A stretch of DNA of 64,000 nucleotides from a phage. The DNA lies in the NCBI GenBank assembly GCA_036253495.1, contig GCA_036253495.1_4125.1; one strand, given 5' to 3'. The position numbers and the translations under genes were made by a program. Positions 54,735-64,000 of this stretch are shown piece by piece. The notes below the pieces were generated by a model. That model worked only from the letters and a program-made list of their open reading frames with translations. It ran no database searches and was not told where the DNA came from. The first letter of the stretch is position 1; each line of letters opens with the position of its first letter.

Positions 54735-56219
54735 ATGAATACTTGTAAGCTAACCTTATTGGATGAGGTTAATTGTAAATTTGAAGGACTTTCTCCTTCA
54801 ATTCGTCAAAAGATGATTAGGGCAACTGAATATGTGTTGCCTTATGCTAAATTCACCCCAGCAGGTAGAATCGGGCGTTGGGATGGAAAAGTTCAATTTA
54901 TGAATTTAGGTGGAAGCACTTACTTTCATATGCTTGACAAACTTTTACCTATTCTTGAAGAAGCTAACATTGACATTGAACTTGAAGACCATAGACCAAA
55001 TTATGGATTCAATTTTGAACCTATTGATGAAAATATCTTTAGTGATGTGGTTTTTGGTGCTGGACACCACATGGAAGGTAAGTCAATCAAGCTCAGGGAG
55101 CACCAGGTTAATGCAGTTAATGCTTGCCTTGCTAACCCACATGGTTTATTATTAGCTGCTACTGGTGCGGGTAAGACGCTAATCACAGCAGCATTATCCA
55201 AGAAGGTCCAAGAGTATGGACGTTCTGTTATTATTGTACCTAGTACTGATCTAGTTCAACAGACATATGATGATTATGTCATGTGTGGACTAGACACTGG
55301 TGTTTTTTATGGTGCACAAAAGGATTTTGGTCACCAACACACAATCACAACATGGCAATCATTCAACTCTTTATGGAAAAAGACGAAGAAGGGTGAAATT
55401 GAACTAACTGAACAAGACGTTCATGATTTCATCGATGGTGTTGTGTGTGTTATCGTTGATGAATGTCAAGGTGCTGGTGGTGATGCATTAGTGCAGGTTC
55501 TATCAAAGGTAATGAACAATGTCCCGTTGCGTTGGGGACTAACTGGTACAATACCAAAAGATCCAGTAGTTGCAGCAAAGATAAAATGTAATGTTGGTGA
55601 TGTGATTTTCAAAATCACTGCAAAAGAATTACAAGATAAACAAATTCTAAGTACCTGTAACGTAAACTGTATCAAATTAAAAAGTAATTTAAAATTTGCA
55701 TCATATGCAGAAGAATTAAAATACTTAGTAACTGACCGTGACCGAATGGCATATGTGGCATCTTTGATAAGTGCACTGTCTGAATCTGGTAACACGTTGG
55801 TTCTTGTTGACCGTTTGGAAGCTGGTGAATTGTTATGTGAATTTTTGGGAATCCCCAAAACTGAATTTGTTCGTGGTGAAACGAAGAAGAAAGACCGTGA
55901 ATCATCATATGGTGAAATTCGCTGGGCTGACAACAAAATACTCATTGCAACATATGGTGTAGCTAGTACTGGTATTAGTATTTCACGTTTATATAACGTA
56001 GTACTGATAGAGCCAGGTAAAAGCTTTGTGCGAACTATACAGTCCATTGGACGTGGGTTGCGTAGAGCAGAAGATAAAGACCACGTAGAAATTTATGATA
56101 TAAGTGGATCTAATAAGTACAGTGCAAAACACTTACGTGAAAGAATTGCATATTATAAAGAAGCACAATATCCACATAGTGTAATCGACGTGAAAGATTG
56201 GGAAAATACAGCGGGATAA
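54735..56219 (+). CDS. SF2 DNA helicase (UvsW-like)
   Basis: Motif I AATGAGKT, motif II VIVDECQ, motif VI SIGRGLRR. Confidence 0.75.
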   Translation: MNTCKLTLLDEVNCKFEGLSPSIRQKMIRATEYVLPYAKFTPAGRIGRWDGKVQFMNLGGSTYFHMLDKLLPILEEANIDIELEDHRPNYGFNFEPIDENIFSDVVFGAGHHMEGKSIKLREHQVNAVNACLANPHGLLLAATGAGKTLITAALSKKVQEYGRSVIIVPSTDLVQQTYDDYVMCGLDTGVFYGAQKDFGHQHTITTWQSFNSLWKKTKKGEIELTEQDVHDFIDGVVCVIVDECQGAGGDALVQVLSKVMNNVPLRWGLTGTIPKDPVVAAKIKCNVGDVIFKITAKELQDKQILSTCNVNCIKLKSNLKFASYAEELKYLVTDRDRMAYVASLISALSESGNTLVLVDRLEAGELLCEFLGIPKTEFVRGETKKKDRESSYGEIRWADNKILIATYGVASTGISISRLYNVVLIEPGKSFVRTIQSIGRGLRRAEDKDHVEIYDISGSNKYSAKHLRERIAYYKEAQYPHSVIDVKDWENTAG

Positions 56220-56273
56220 TCCCGCTGTTAATGATATAATGGACTGTATAATAAATCAAGGATGTTAACAAAT

Positions 56274-56699
56274 ATGGAACTTAAATCGAGTATCGCATTT
56301 ATCTGCGACCAAGAAACTTTAGACATTATGGATGTGTTATTGAATGATGATAATATCATGGATGACATGGTATCTTCATTGGATTATATTTCCGAATTAG
56401 AAACAGATGACACAAATGTATGGCGTTGTAACACAGATGGTGATTCATGGGTTAATATCTATGAATTACAGCAACGCATTGATTCTAAATTTGAATCACT
56501 AAAATATGATATCATTTATGCAAGTACTGATTCTAAAACATTCGTTGATATTGTTAGTCTAAGTGGAAACTTTGATTCATATCTTGATACTGATACTGAT
56601 AAGATTCAAGAACTTTGTGATACCTATGGATTAGAATTTTATGGGTGTGATGAAGAAGAAGATTATTATGATGAAGAAGACGAAGATTCATTATACTAA
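56274..56699 (+). CDS. hypothetical acidic protein
   Basis: ORF with AGGA RBS; very acidic C-terminus (EEEDYYDEEDED). Confidence 0.45.
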   Translation: MELKSSIAFICDQETLDIMDVLLNDDNIMDDMVSSLDYISELETDDTNVWRCNTDGDSWVNIYELQQRIDSKFESLKYDIIYASTDSKTFVDIVSLSGNFDSYLDTDTDKIQELCDTYGLEFYGCDEEEDYYDEEDEDSLY

Positions 56700-56708
56700 G
56701 GAGACAAT

Positions 56709-57206
56709 ATGAACGTATTAACCCCAGAAAATAATTCATTTGATATGGATTTGGTTACTGAACACATTCCAGAAGAAATGTATTGTGTGTTGGATTTGAG
56801 TGCAAATGGTGATTCAGATTTTTATTTCCGACATATTCTAAACACTGTATCTTTTAATAGTATCAGTGCAGATCTTCAAATTGGTGATAAGGTTATTCAA
56901 GTACCATTGGGATGGCAAATTATGCTAGGTGATGAAGAATCAGGTATGGTTGAGATGTGTACTATTGAAAACATCTTAAACATGAAAGAGCCTAAAGCAT
57001 TTGTATACAACCCGATTCGTTCGATGTATCCAAAATTCGAGCCAGTAAAAGTACTAAGAGTATTTGCACTTACAACTAAGTGGCAGATTCCTATGTTACC
57101 TAAAAAGAATTTACTATGTGTTCCATTGAGTAGTGGTGATAATCCACCATGTGTTTACTTCGCCGATGAGAACGAAAAGATTCAAGACTTATACTTAGGA
57201 GTATAA
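56709..57206 (+). CDS. hypothetical protein
   Basis: 165-aa ORF with GGAGA RBS. Confidence 0.5.
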   Translation: MNVLTPENNSFDMDLVTEHIPEEMYCVLDLSANGDSDFYFRHILNTVSFNSISADLQIGDKVIQVPLGWQIMLGDEESGMVEMCTIENILNMKEPKAFVYNPIRSMYPKFEPVKVLRVFALTTKWQIPMLPKKNLLCVPLSSGDNPPCVYFADENEKIQDLYLGV

Positions 57207-57210
57207 AATA

Positions 57211-58053
57211 GTGTTAGATTTCAGTAATGTTAAAAGTAAATCGTCTGATGAAGTTATTAAACAAGAAAGTCATTCATTTTCTATTAATGATTTTCTTAAA
57301 CATATTGACAGGGCTGATTACAAATATTACTCTGAAATGACCGAAGAAGAACGTAAAGATTTCACACCTTATACTGTTCTTCGTTGGGTAAGTTCGTTGG
57401 ATGATTCTTTGCAAGTAACTTACCCAAGTAGTAAAGTTGAAAGCGTTTTTGGTAAATGGAAAGCTGGTGGCAAAGATGCACTTACTGAATTAATCAATGA
57501 ATTAAATTCAAGTGGTGTAAATGTGTCATCAGTGACAAAGTACTGTCATGCTGATTATGATTGGAGAATCAAGTTTGCAGTACAGGGTCAGTCCGATGCA
57601 AATAAATTGATTGCAGCCATGAATGATTTTAGCATTTCAGGGTCGGAAGTGATTTCATTGGTTGATAGCACAACAGTAAAATACCAATTGATTATGTTAA
57701 ATGATATGGTCAATGATGGTTTCTGGGATATGAAAGAACACCCTGAACTAGTTTATCAATTGATGTGTACTGTTCAGGATATGGTTGGTGGTAAAGAATT
57801 ACCACGTAGTTGGCTTAACTTTTCAAAGAGTTTAAAACATGTAAACAATGCATTATTTGACTTGATTAAAAGTACACAACCAAGTTCAGTTGCCAATCAA
57901 ATGAACGAGGATGAGTATAAAATCATCTTATTACAATACACTAAGAAATCATTCGAAACTTTACTTGACAACATGGGTTATCAAGATAAAGATTCAAAAG
58001 CAATGATGAAACTATTCAAAGAAGAATGTAAGAAATATGGCAAAGATATCTAA
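57211..58053 (+). CDS. hypothetical protein (GTG start)
   Basis: 280-aa ORF; AGGAG about 10 nt upstream of GTG. Confidence 0.45.
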   Translation: MLDFSNVKSKSSDEVIKQESHSFSINDFLKHIDRADYKYYSEMTEEERKDFTPYTVLRWVSSLDDSLQVTYPSSKVESVFGKWKAGGKDALTELINELNSSGVNVSSVTKYCHADYDWRIKFAVQGQSDANKLIAAMNDFSISGSEVISLVDSTTVKYQLIMLNDMVNDGFWDMKEHPELVYQLMCTVQDMVGGKELPRSWLNFSKSLKHVNNALFDLIKSTQPSSVANQMNEDEYKIILLQYTKKSFETLLDNMGYQDKDSKAMMKLFKEECKKYGKDI

Positions 58054-58744
58054 ACCTGTATATCAATGTAAATTTTGTGATCGTGAATTTAAACGTGAAG
58101 ACACAGTACATTCTCACAAATGTGAAAAGCGTGATAGATATGAAAATCGAGACAGCCGCACCATGCGTGAGGCTTTTCGTTTATATATGCAATTCATGGA
58201 AACTAACAATTTCAAAATTAAAAAAGATGTAGAACCATATATTAGTTTTATCAAGTCAAGATACTTTAAAGATTTCTATGATTTTGCAGAATACTATCTG
58301 AATAATAGGGATATATTGCATATAGATGATTTCACTTTACATCTTATGAGAACTAATGTTCCTATTATGCAATGGAGCACCTACAAAGCTAAGGATGAAT
58401 GGATACTTTCATGTATACGAAATGAGCACCCAAACGATGCCGTTGCAAGAAGCGTAAATGCTTTAGTAGAATGGGAACAAATGACAAATAATCCGTGGAA
58501 TACATTCTTTAAGAATGTTAGTTCTGCACGTTTGATTTCTTGGATTGAAAGTGGTAAAATATCACCTTGGTTGATATGGACTGCCCCAGTGAGTTCATCC
58601 AATGAATTGTTCTCACGACTATCAGATTCTGAATTTGAATATATACTTAAATACATCGATCCTAGCTTTTTTGAAATTAAAAAGTTGAAATATAAGAAAG
58701 AGTTTGAGGATATAAGAAGTATGTTAACTCAGGTGGGTTTATGA
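58037..58744 (+). CDS. hypothetical protein with N-terminal C2H2-like zinc-finger motif
   Basis: CKFCDREFKREDTVHSHKC near N-terminus. Confidence 0.45.
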   Translation: MAKISKPVYQCKFCDREFKREDTVHSHKCEKRDRYENRDSRTMREAFRLYMQFMETNNFKIKKDVEPYISFIKSRYFKDFYDFAEYYLNNRDILHIDDFTLHLMRTNVPIMQWSTYKAKDEWILSCIRNEHPNDAVARSVNALVEWEQMTNNPWNTFFKNVSSARLISWIESGKISPWLIWTAPVSSSNELFSRLSDSEFEYILKYIDPSFFEIKKLKYKKEFEDIRSMLTQVGL

Positions 58745-59070
58745 ATAATAAAAGTATATACAATAAAATACCAGAAGGGTACGTTCCTGTACCTAAATCG
58801 GACAAAAGTAAAGAATTACAATTACTTCGTCAAGGAAGCATAACTGAAATAACATTGGGTGACAAAACGTTCCAAGTTCATGATCCAGTAAAAATAGAAC
58901 AATTGATTAAGCTAGTCGAGAGGCATGAAGAACGTTTACATTCTGTGTCTAATGAGTCAGCACAGTTGAAAAGAAAGATTCAGTACATGGAAAACGAAAT
59001 ACGAACCTTAAGAAATTCTATTAATAAATTACAGGATCAAATAAAGAATGCAGGATTCAACCAATTCTAA
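58741..59070 (+). CDS. hypothetical coiled-coil protein
   Basis: 109-aa ORF overlapping neighbours. Confidence 0.45.
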   Translation: MNNKSIYNKIPEGYVPVPKSDKSKELQLLRQGSITEITLGDKTFQVHDPVKIEQLIKLVERHEERLHSVSNESAQLKRKIQYMENEIRTLRNSINKLQDQIKNAGFNQF

Positions 59071-59686
59071 TCATTACAGAAAAGCTAGAACAGATATTGA
59101 TATTGATTTTAAAGATAGTAAATCTGTCATAGCTCAATTGCCATGTGTAAGAAGTACTGAAAAGATTACAGAAGATGGATTGATTGCACATAATAGTGGT
59201 GTACACTTTGATAATATTCCAATCGATCCAATAACTGGTTTGGCGAGTATACAATATAAAGAAGCCGAAAGATTGGGGTATCAGAAGGTTGATATCCTTT
59301 CACAATCGGCTTACATGTATGTTCGTGACAGAGAACATCTAAAGGAACTTATGAACAGAGAGCCTAATTGGGATCTGTTGTTAGAACCAGAAATTGTTGA
59401 TCATTTATCACAAATTAAAAAGCATATAACTTTACTTAATGTTTGGAAACCCCGTTCTATAGACGAGTTGGCTATGTTTATTGCTATGATTCGCCCAGGG
59501 AAACGAAATTGTCAAAGTATGAACTCTTGGTCTGAAGTAGAATCGGTTATTTGGGATTATAGTAGTATTGGGCTAGATAGTGAGGGCAAAAAATTGCGTT
59601 ATTTTAAAAAACCACATGCTTATGCTTATAGCTTAATGATTGTGGTACAATTAAACGCATTGGTTGAACATCTTACTTCTTCTTAA
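59048..59686 (+). CDS. mini DnaE-like protein (carries Pol III alpha core-like motifs); function unknown
   Basis: 212 aa; DIDIDF (cf. DnaE PDFDVDF), AHNSGV (cf. KHAGGV), AMIRPGK (cf. ALFRPGP), KPHAYAYSL (cf. KSHSAAYAL); recalled from memory. Confidence 0.4.
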   Translation: MQDSTNSNHYRKARTDIDIDFKDSKSVIAQLPCVRSTEKITEDGLIAHNSGVHFDNIPIDPITGLASIQYKEAERLGYQKVDILSQSAYMYVRDREHLKELMNREPNWDLLLEPEIVDHLSQIKKHITLLNVWKPRSIDELAMFIAMIRPGKRNCQSMNSWSEVESVIWDYSSIGLDSEGKKLRYFKKPHAYAYSLMIVVQLNALVEHLTSS

Positions 59687-60026
59687 GTGCCACATTACGT
59701 CTTTTAATACGTTTTTGTGGCAAATCACTTAACGAAATTACCGGACCACAAACGAAATTCACCATAGGCGTATCGAAGCGTTGTGTGAAAGGTTCAAATT
59801 TCTCCATTTCTTCTTGAAAGAAAAGACACACTGGGATTGACCTGTTACTTTGCCACCACCAATCGTGTGCTATTCCTAACAATTCATCTTGCATAGATTC
59901 ATCCATAAGATCAAAACAATACAAAGTAGTATATTGCTTACTTTTAATCTTGATGATACCAATGTAAGTTTTACCATTATATTGCAGTACTGTAATAAAT
60001 GGTGGAATAGTATTATATTGATTCAT
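59673..60026 (-). CDS. hypothetical protein (lone minus-strand gene in a plus-strand block)
   Basis: 117-aa ORF; CATAAATA late-type motif on minus strand at 60063-60070. Confidence 0.45.
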   Translation of the reverse strand: MNQYNTIPPFITVLQYNGKTYIGIIKIKSKQYTTLYCFDLMDESMQDELLGIAHDWWWQSNRSIPVCLFFQEEMEKFEPFTQRFDTPMVNFVCGPVISLSDLPQKRIKRRNVALKKK

Positions 60027-60033
60027 ATGAGTT

Positions 60034-60071
60034 CCATAAATATTAGTATAAATTTATACCTATTATTTATG
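60034..60071. promoter_or_regulatory. palindromic divergent late-promoter pair (CCATAAATA ... TATTTATGG)
   Basis: Perfect 9-bp inverted repeat flanking a 20-nt AT-rich spacer, between divergent genes starting at 60026 and 60084. Confidence 0.45.
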
Positions 60072-60083
60072 GAAGGAATAATC

Positions 60084-61061
60084 ATGTCCCATCACGGTGT
60101 GTATATGTACCCTTATAATCAGGAAGTATCATTGGGCAATTTTAATATGCCATTTAACAATGATAAGTTAACGATTTATCGTGGTGCTAACAATAACGTA
60201 ACTTTCACAGTACACAATGCTGATGGAAAGTACACTCAATTAAAAACTAATGAATATTTAACATTTATGATTTTCGATGCACGTAACAACACGATTTTGT
60301 TTGATACTGTATTGGAAAAGATTTTACCAAGTTGGTTAAACGATAGTGGTCAGGCTAAACCTACTTTGGGTAATAGTAAAAAAGTATATTATGGTTGTAT
60401 AATCCCTGCTGGTATTATACAAGATACTAGCCCTGGTTCCAAATACAGATGGAGTATTACTAAAGTAACTATGGACGGTTCGTTGATTGAACCAACACAG
60501 TACTTATATACTGGTTTAAATTATGAAGCATCATCTGAACTAATTATCTCCGACAAAGCAGCACCTGTTTTCGTACCAAGCATTGAAGTTTCTGCTGATC
60601 AGAATCCATCTTGGAAATCTATCAAGTCTGCGTTCAGAGAACCTATTAGTGATGGTTTTAAAGGTGAATTTGATGTTATGTGTACATCGCCTTTGAGAGC
60701 ACAAATGCAATATGGTTTAGTTGATGGTTTAAGTACTATTGCAATTTACTGTAATGGTTTTATTGGTAGGATACAGTTACAAGGATGCTTGAGTAATGAT
60801 GTACCAAGTGATAGTGATAACTATAAGTGGTTTATTATCAAGTTGGATGGAAAAGAGTACATCGAGAATGGCATAGATGAGAATGGCGTACCTGTTCCGT
60901 TGGAAGGTATACAGGCATTTAATTTTAAAGGTAATTACATGTGGCTTCGTGTGGTTGTTAGTATTCGTCCAATCTCCAAACCAATCCCATATGATTATGC
61001 TGCAATCCGTAAAATCTATAACCCACTCTTAACTGTTCCTAAAATTTTGATTCGTCGATGA
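60084..61061 (+). CDS. hypothetical protein (possibly structural)
   Basis: Start moved to ATG 60084 with GGAAGGA RBS; the longer track ORF from 59889 runs through the promoter region. Confidence 0.5.
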   Translation: MSHHGVYMYPYNQEVSLGNFNMPFNNDKLTIYRGANNNVTFTVHNADGKYTQLKTNEYLTFMIFDARNNTILFDTVLEKILPSWLNDSGQAKPTLGNSKKVYYGCIIPAGIIQDTSPGSKYRWSITKVTMDGSLIEPTQYLYTGLNYEASSELIISDKAAPVFVPSIEVSADQNPSWKSIKSAFREPISDGFKGEFDVMCTSPLRAQMQYGLVDGLSTIAIYCNGFIGRIQLQGCLSNDVPSDSDNYKWFIIKLDGKEYIENGIDENGVPVPLEGIQAFNFKGNYMWLRVVVSIRPISKPIPYDYAAIRKIYNPLLTVPKILIRR

Positions 61062-61078
61062 GACATACTCATAAGCTG

Positions 61079-61087
61079 TGATATAAT
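61079..61087 (+). promoter_or_regulatory. extended -10 promoter (TGaTATAAT) upstream of primase gene
   Basis: TGTGATATAAT motif about 30 nt upstream of ATG 61115. Confidence 0.45.
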
Positions 61088-61114
61088 CATCGAAGACAAG
61101 AAAAGGAATTACAT

Positions 61115-62164
61115 ATGAACTCAGTACAAGACATTATGGCACAAATCATGAATGACCCTGTACCTGGTATTGGTATATGGGCACACCACAACTGTCCTAT
61201 GTGTGTGTTTCGTGGACATTCAAGACCTGATGTAAAGGGTCGTGGTAATCATATGTTTAATTCTGATGGTTCAGTATCTTATAACTGTTTTAACTGTAGT
61301 TTAAAGACAGGTTGGCAACCTGGAAAATATATGAGCAAAGATATGGAGTCTTTGCTCATTTCTTTTGGTGCACAACAAAAAGATATAGAATTATTAAAAT
61401 TTTACATAAAAGAAATGGTAGAGAGTGGTGATTATGCTGAACAAGAGTCTACCACATCGAAGTTATATCAAAGGGTAACAGCACGCGATTTACCACCTAA
61501 TTCAAAGACATTTTTTGAATGGGCTTCAGATGATAATGCACCCAATGAATTTTTTAGTGTACTGAATGCAGTAAATGACCGAAATCCATATCTATTGGAT
61601 TTGGAATTATATTGGAGTCCATCTAAAGAACATAAAATGTATGATAGATTTATTATACCTTACTATATGAATGGTAAAATAATTGGGTATACTGCAAGAC
61701 ATAAATTAAAAGACCCAGGAAGTACGTATCGTTTTATTAATCAGGTAAGTACTAATATTTTGTACAATTATGATTTGTTGAATGATGAACGTATAAAAAC
61801 TTTATTGGTATGTGAAGGACCAATGGATGCCGCATTGATGGGTGGTGTATCAGCAAATAACTTTAAGTTATCTACACCACAGATTGAAATACTTAAACAG
61901 GCACAGAGTAAAGGTAAAAAAGTAGTAATTGTACCAGACAGGGATAAAGATGGATTAGTGACAATTGACCAAGCATTAGAGCATGGTTTTAGTGTTGCCT
62001 TTCCAAACTTTGGAGCCGTAAAAGAAGGTAGTGGTATTCGTCACATAAAAGATTTTGACGAAGCCTGTGCCAAATATGGTCGTTTATTTTGTCTACAACT
62101 AATACATGAAAGTATAGTTGACGAACCTTTCTATATCAAAGCACAAACCGATAAATGGATGTAA
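61115..62164 (+). CDS. 61: DNA primase (T4 gp61-like; zinc ribbon + TOPRIM)
   Basis: Zn-binding CPMCVF...CFNC; TOPRIM LLVCEGPMDAA and VVIVPDRDKDG. Confidence 0.8.
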   Translation: MNSVQDIMAQIMNDPVPGIGIWAHHNCPMCVFRGHSRPDVKGRGNHMFNSDGSVSYNCFNCSLKTGWQPGKYMSKDMESLLISFGAQQKDIELLKFYIKEMVESGDYAEQESTTSKLYQRVTARDLPPNSKTFFEWASDDNAPNEFFSVLNAVNDRNPYLLDLELYWSPSKEHKMYDRFIIPYYMNGKIIGYTARHKLKDPGSTYRFINQVSTNILYNYDLLNDERIKTLLVCEGPMDAALMGGVSANNFKLSTPQIEILKQAQSKGKKVVIVPDRDKDGLVTIDQALEHGFSVAFPNFGAVKEGSGIRHIKDFDEACAKYGRLFCLQLIHESIVDEPFYIKAQTDKWM

Positions 62165-62182
62165 AAGAAATAAGGGAATATA

Positions 62183-63709
62183 ATGATTCAAAGCACAGTG
62201 GACGTCAAACAATATGGGATTAATGCCCAACAATATCTATTATCACAAATTTTCAGTAACCCAGATTTATATGTACGCTGTAAAAATATTCTTAAACCTG
62301 AATATTTCGATAGCACTTTTCATGAAAGTATTAAATTCGTTCATGATTACAGTGCAAAATATAGTGCATCACCAACTTTAAAAGATATTGAAGTTAAGGG
62401 TGGTTTTGCATACGATAGTACTGAAGTAAGTGAGCTACACAAGCAATCAGTACTTGATACATGCAGTGAGTTCTGCCGACACAAAGCACTAGCTTTGGCT
62501 GTTGAGAAAGGTATGGAGTTAGTACATCAGAAAAAATATGGTGGAATCGAAGAACTAATTCGTGAAGCTATGCTTGTTTCTGTACAAAACGAACTAGGTC
62601 TGGATATCTTTGAAAATCCAGAAGATACAATTCGCTCACTAAGTACGATGCAAGGTTCATTCAAGAGTGGTTGGGAAACACTGGACTTTAAACTATTTGG
62701 TGGTTTCGGTCGCCGTGAACTTGAGATCTTCGCAGCAGCATCCGGTGGTGGTAAATCAGTTGTTCTGCAAAACTTAGCAGTAAACTTTGCTAAAGCTGGA
62801 CTGAACGGTGCTTACATTTCACTAGAACTTGCTGAAGAGTTGGTTGCAGTCCGTATCTATGGTATGATGACTGAATCCAAATTGAGTAATGTTAAACATG
62901 AAGCAGACCGAATTGGTTTACAAGTACAAATGGAAGGTAAAAACAGTGGTGTAATGCGTATCAAGCGTTTGCCTGAATCTGTGACAACCACAGATGATAT
63001 TGAAAGTTACCTTCGTGAATTACAAATCAAATTGGAAATTAAACTTGATTATGTTTGTGTGGACTACTTAGATCTATTAACATCTAATCGTCTTGGTCCA
63101 AATGATAAATCGAATACATTTACCAAAGATAAGTTTGTTTCTGAAGAATTGCGTGCTCTAGCAACTAAGATGGATTTAACTGTATTCACTGCATCCCAGT
63201 TTAACCGTAGTGGTATGGGTGAAGATAAGAAAAGCCAAAGTCAGATTGCTGGTGGTATTTCAAAGATCTATACCGCAGATAACGTAATTTACATTGAAGC
63301 ACGAAAAGAAACTGGTGAGATGTGGTTCGACTTCCAGAAAACACGTAACAGTAGTGCAGTTGGTTCTCGTTTGCGTATGTCTTATGACATTGATTCATTA
63401 CGTGTGTTGGACCATGCAACAACCATTCAGCAATTCGAAACCGATGGTTCTGGGTTCAAGCATAGCGGACTAACAAAGGTCGGTGGTGGTAACATGGCAC
63501 TCCCCCCAACCACTATGCAAACATTGCGTCACACGCTTTCTGGTGCACAAAAACCAGTACAAACACAAAGTACTGTTGAAGCTGATGACGTAACACTAAA
63601 TACAGAAAATGCTACACTTTCTAGCACTACAGAGGAAACCCAACAACCTGTTAATATTGGCACTAATCGTGCGAATATGATGAAACAATGGTTGAATCAA
63701 AGGAAATAA
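62183..63709 (+). CDS. 41: replicative DnaB-like helicase (T4 gp41-like)
   Basis: Walker A AASGGGKSV, Walker B YVCVDYLD; size and adjacency to primase. Confidence 0.85.
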   Translation: MIQSTVDVKQYGINAQQYLLSQIFSNPDLYVRCKNILKPEYFDSTFHESIKFVHDYSAKYSASPTLKDIEVKGGFAYDSTEVSELHKQSVLDTCSEFCRHKALALAVEKGMELVHQKKYGGIEELIREAMLVSVQNELGLDIFENPEDTIRSLSTMQGSFKSGWETLDFKLFGGFGRRELEIFAAASGGGKSVVLQNLAVNFAKAGLNGAYISLELAEELVAVRIYGMMTESKLSNVKHEADRIGLQVQMEGKNSGVMRIKRLPESVTTTDDIESYLRELQIKLEIKLDYVCVDYLDLLTSNRLGPNDKSNTFTKDKFVSEELRALATKMDLTVFTASQFNRSGMGEDKKSQSQIAGGISKIYTADNVIYIEARKETGEMWFDFQKTRNSSAVGSRLRMSYDIDSLRVLDHATTIQQFETDGSGFKHSGLTKVGGGNMALPPTTMQTLRHTLSGAQKPVQTQSTVEADDVTLNTENATLSSTTEETQQPVNIGTNRANMMKQWLNQRK

Positions 63710-63712
63710 CGA

Positions 63713-63985
63713 ATGGCTAATGAATCCAGTAAAAAGAATCTACTTGATAGTATAGTAAATTATACTCCAGAGAAGGATACATTGCAGAGTTTTGGTAATA
63801 GGGCCGACCATGCCATAAATTCTGTAATTCATTTATTGGAGAGTATAGATAATGAGTTTAATAGTATTGATGCTGAAGATTTAAAGAAACGATTATTTTT
63901 GAGTATCAAGAACCGAGATTACAAAAAGTTTCAGAAGGGGTTGGAAAATATAGCACTGGATGAAAAACGTAATAAAGGTAATTGA
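63713..63985 (+). CDS. hypothetical small protein
   Basis: 90-aa ORF immediately after helicase gene. Confidence 0.4.
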   Translation: MANESSKKNLLDSIVNYTPEKDTLQSFGNRADHAINSVIHLLESIDNEFNSIDAEDLKKRLFLSIKNRDYKKFQKGLENIALDEKRNKGN

Positions 63986-64000
63986 TATGAAAAAGAAATT

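Noticed and set aside
55466-56047. 193-aa minus-strand ORF inside the helicase gene
   Set aside because: Overlaps the UvsW-like gene, whose helicase motifs are intact; shadow ORF.
59889-60083. Long N-terminal extension of the 60084-61061 gene (track ORF starting 59889)
   Set aside because: The extension runs through the divergent promoter palindrome and overlaps the minus-strand gene; the ATG at 60084 has a strong GGAAGGA RBS.

Overview
This 64 kb window reads as virion DNA of a lytic T4-like (Straboviridae-type) myovirus, low GC and densely coding, with no integrase, transposase or host flanks. No homology search was run: all calls rest on reading the supplied six-frame translations and on motifs recalled from T4 proteins, and are least certain for baseplate proteins other than the spike, gp25-like protein and lysozyme. 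Layout: (1) 1-18013, minus strand, a late baseplate/tail module with a giant >2,500-codon ORF running off the window start, a baseplate-J-like protein, a gp25-like wedge protein, a T4-type lysozyme, and a gp5-like spike carrying M23-peptidase-like and lysozyme domains. (2) 18.1-22.6 kb: gp55-like late sigma factor, Mre11/Rad50-like gp47/gp46, Endo VII-like protein. (3) 22.6-23.7 kb: an ORF-free segment bounded by a strong promoter and terminators (candidate ncRNA or origin). (4) 25.2-33.5 kb: head module with portal, prohead protease, scaffold and a gp23-like major capsid protein. (5) 33.6-38.5 kb: accessory cassette with two GIY-YIG/T5orf172-like genes and a tail-fiber-like gene. (6) 38.6-64 kb: replication, recombination and packaging genes (family B DNA polymerase, GroES-like, RNase H, large terminase, gp32, UvsX, DexA-like, UvsW-like, primase, gp41-like helicase) interspersed with small unknown ORFs. 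Most notable: the large terminase is split by a 1-nt frame disruption inside its Walker A motif; a degenerate terminase-ATPase paralog sits immediately upstream; a 212-aa ORF carries DnaE (Pol III alpha) core-like motifs; the spike's lysozyme domain is duplicated as the adjacent endolysin gene; and a possible -1 frameshift site lies at the end of a Cys-rich gene. Two promoter classes recur: sigma70-like/extended -10 (TGnTATAAT) and late-type (C/T)ATAAATA.
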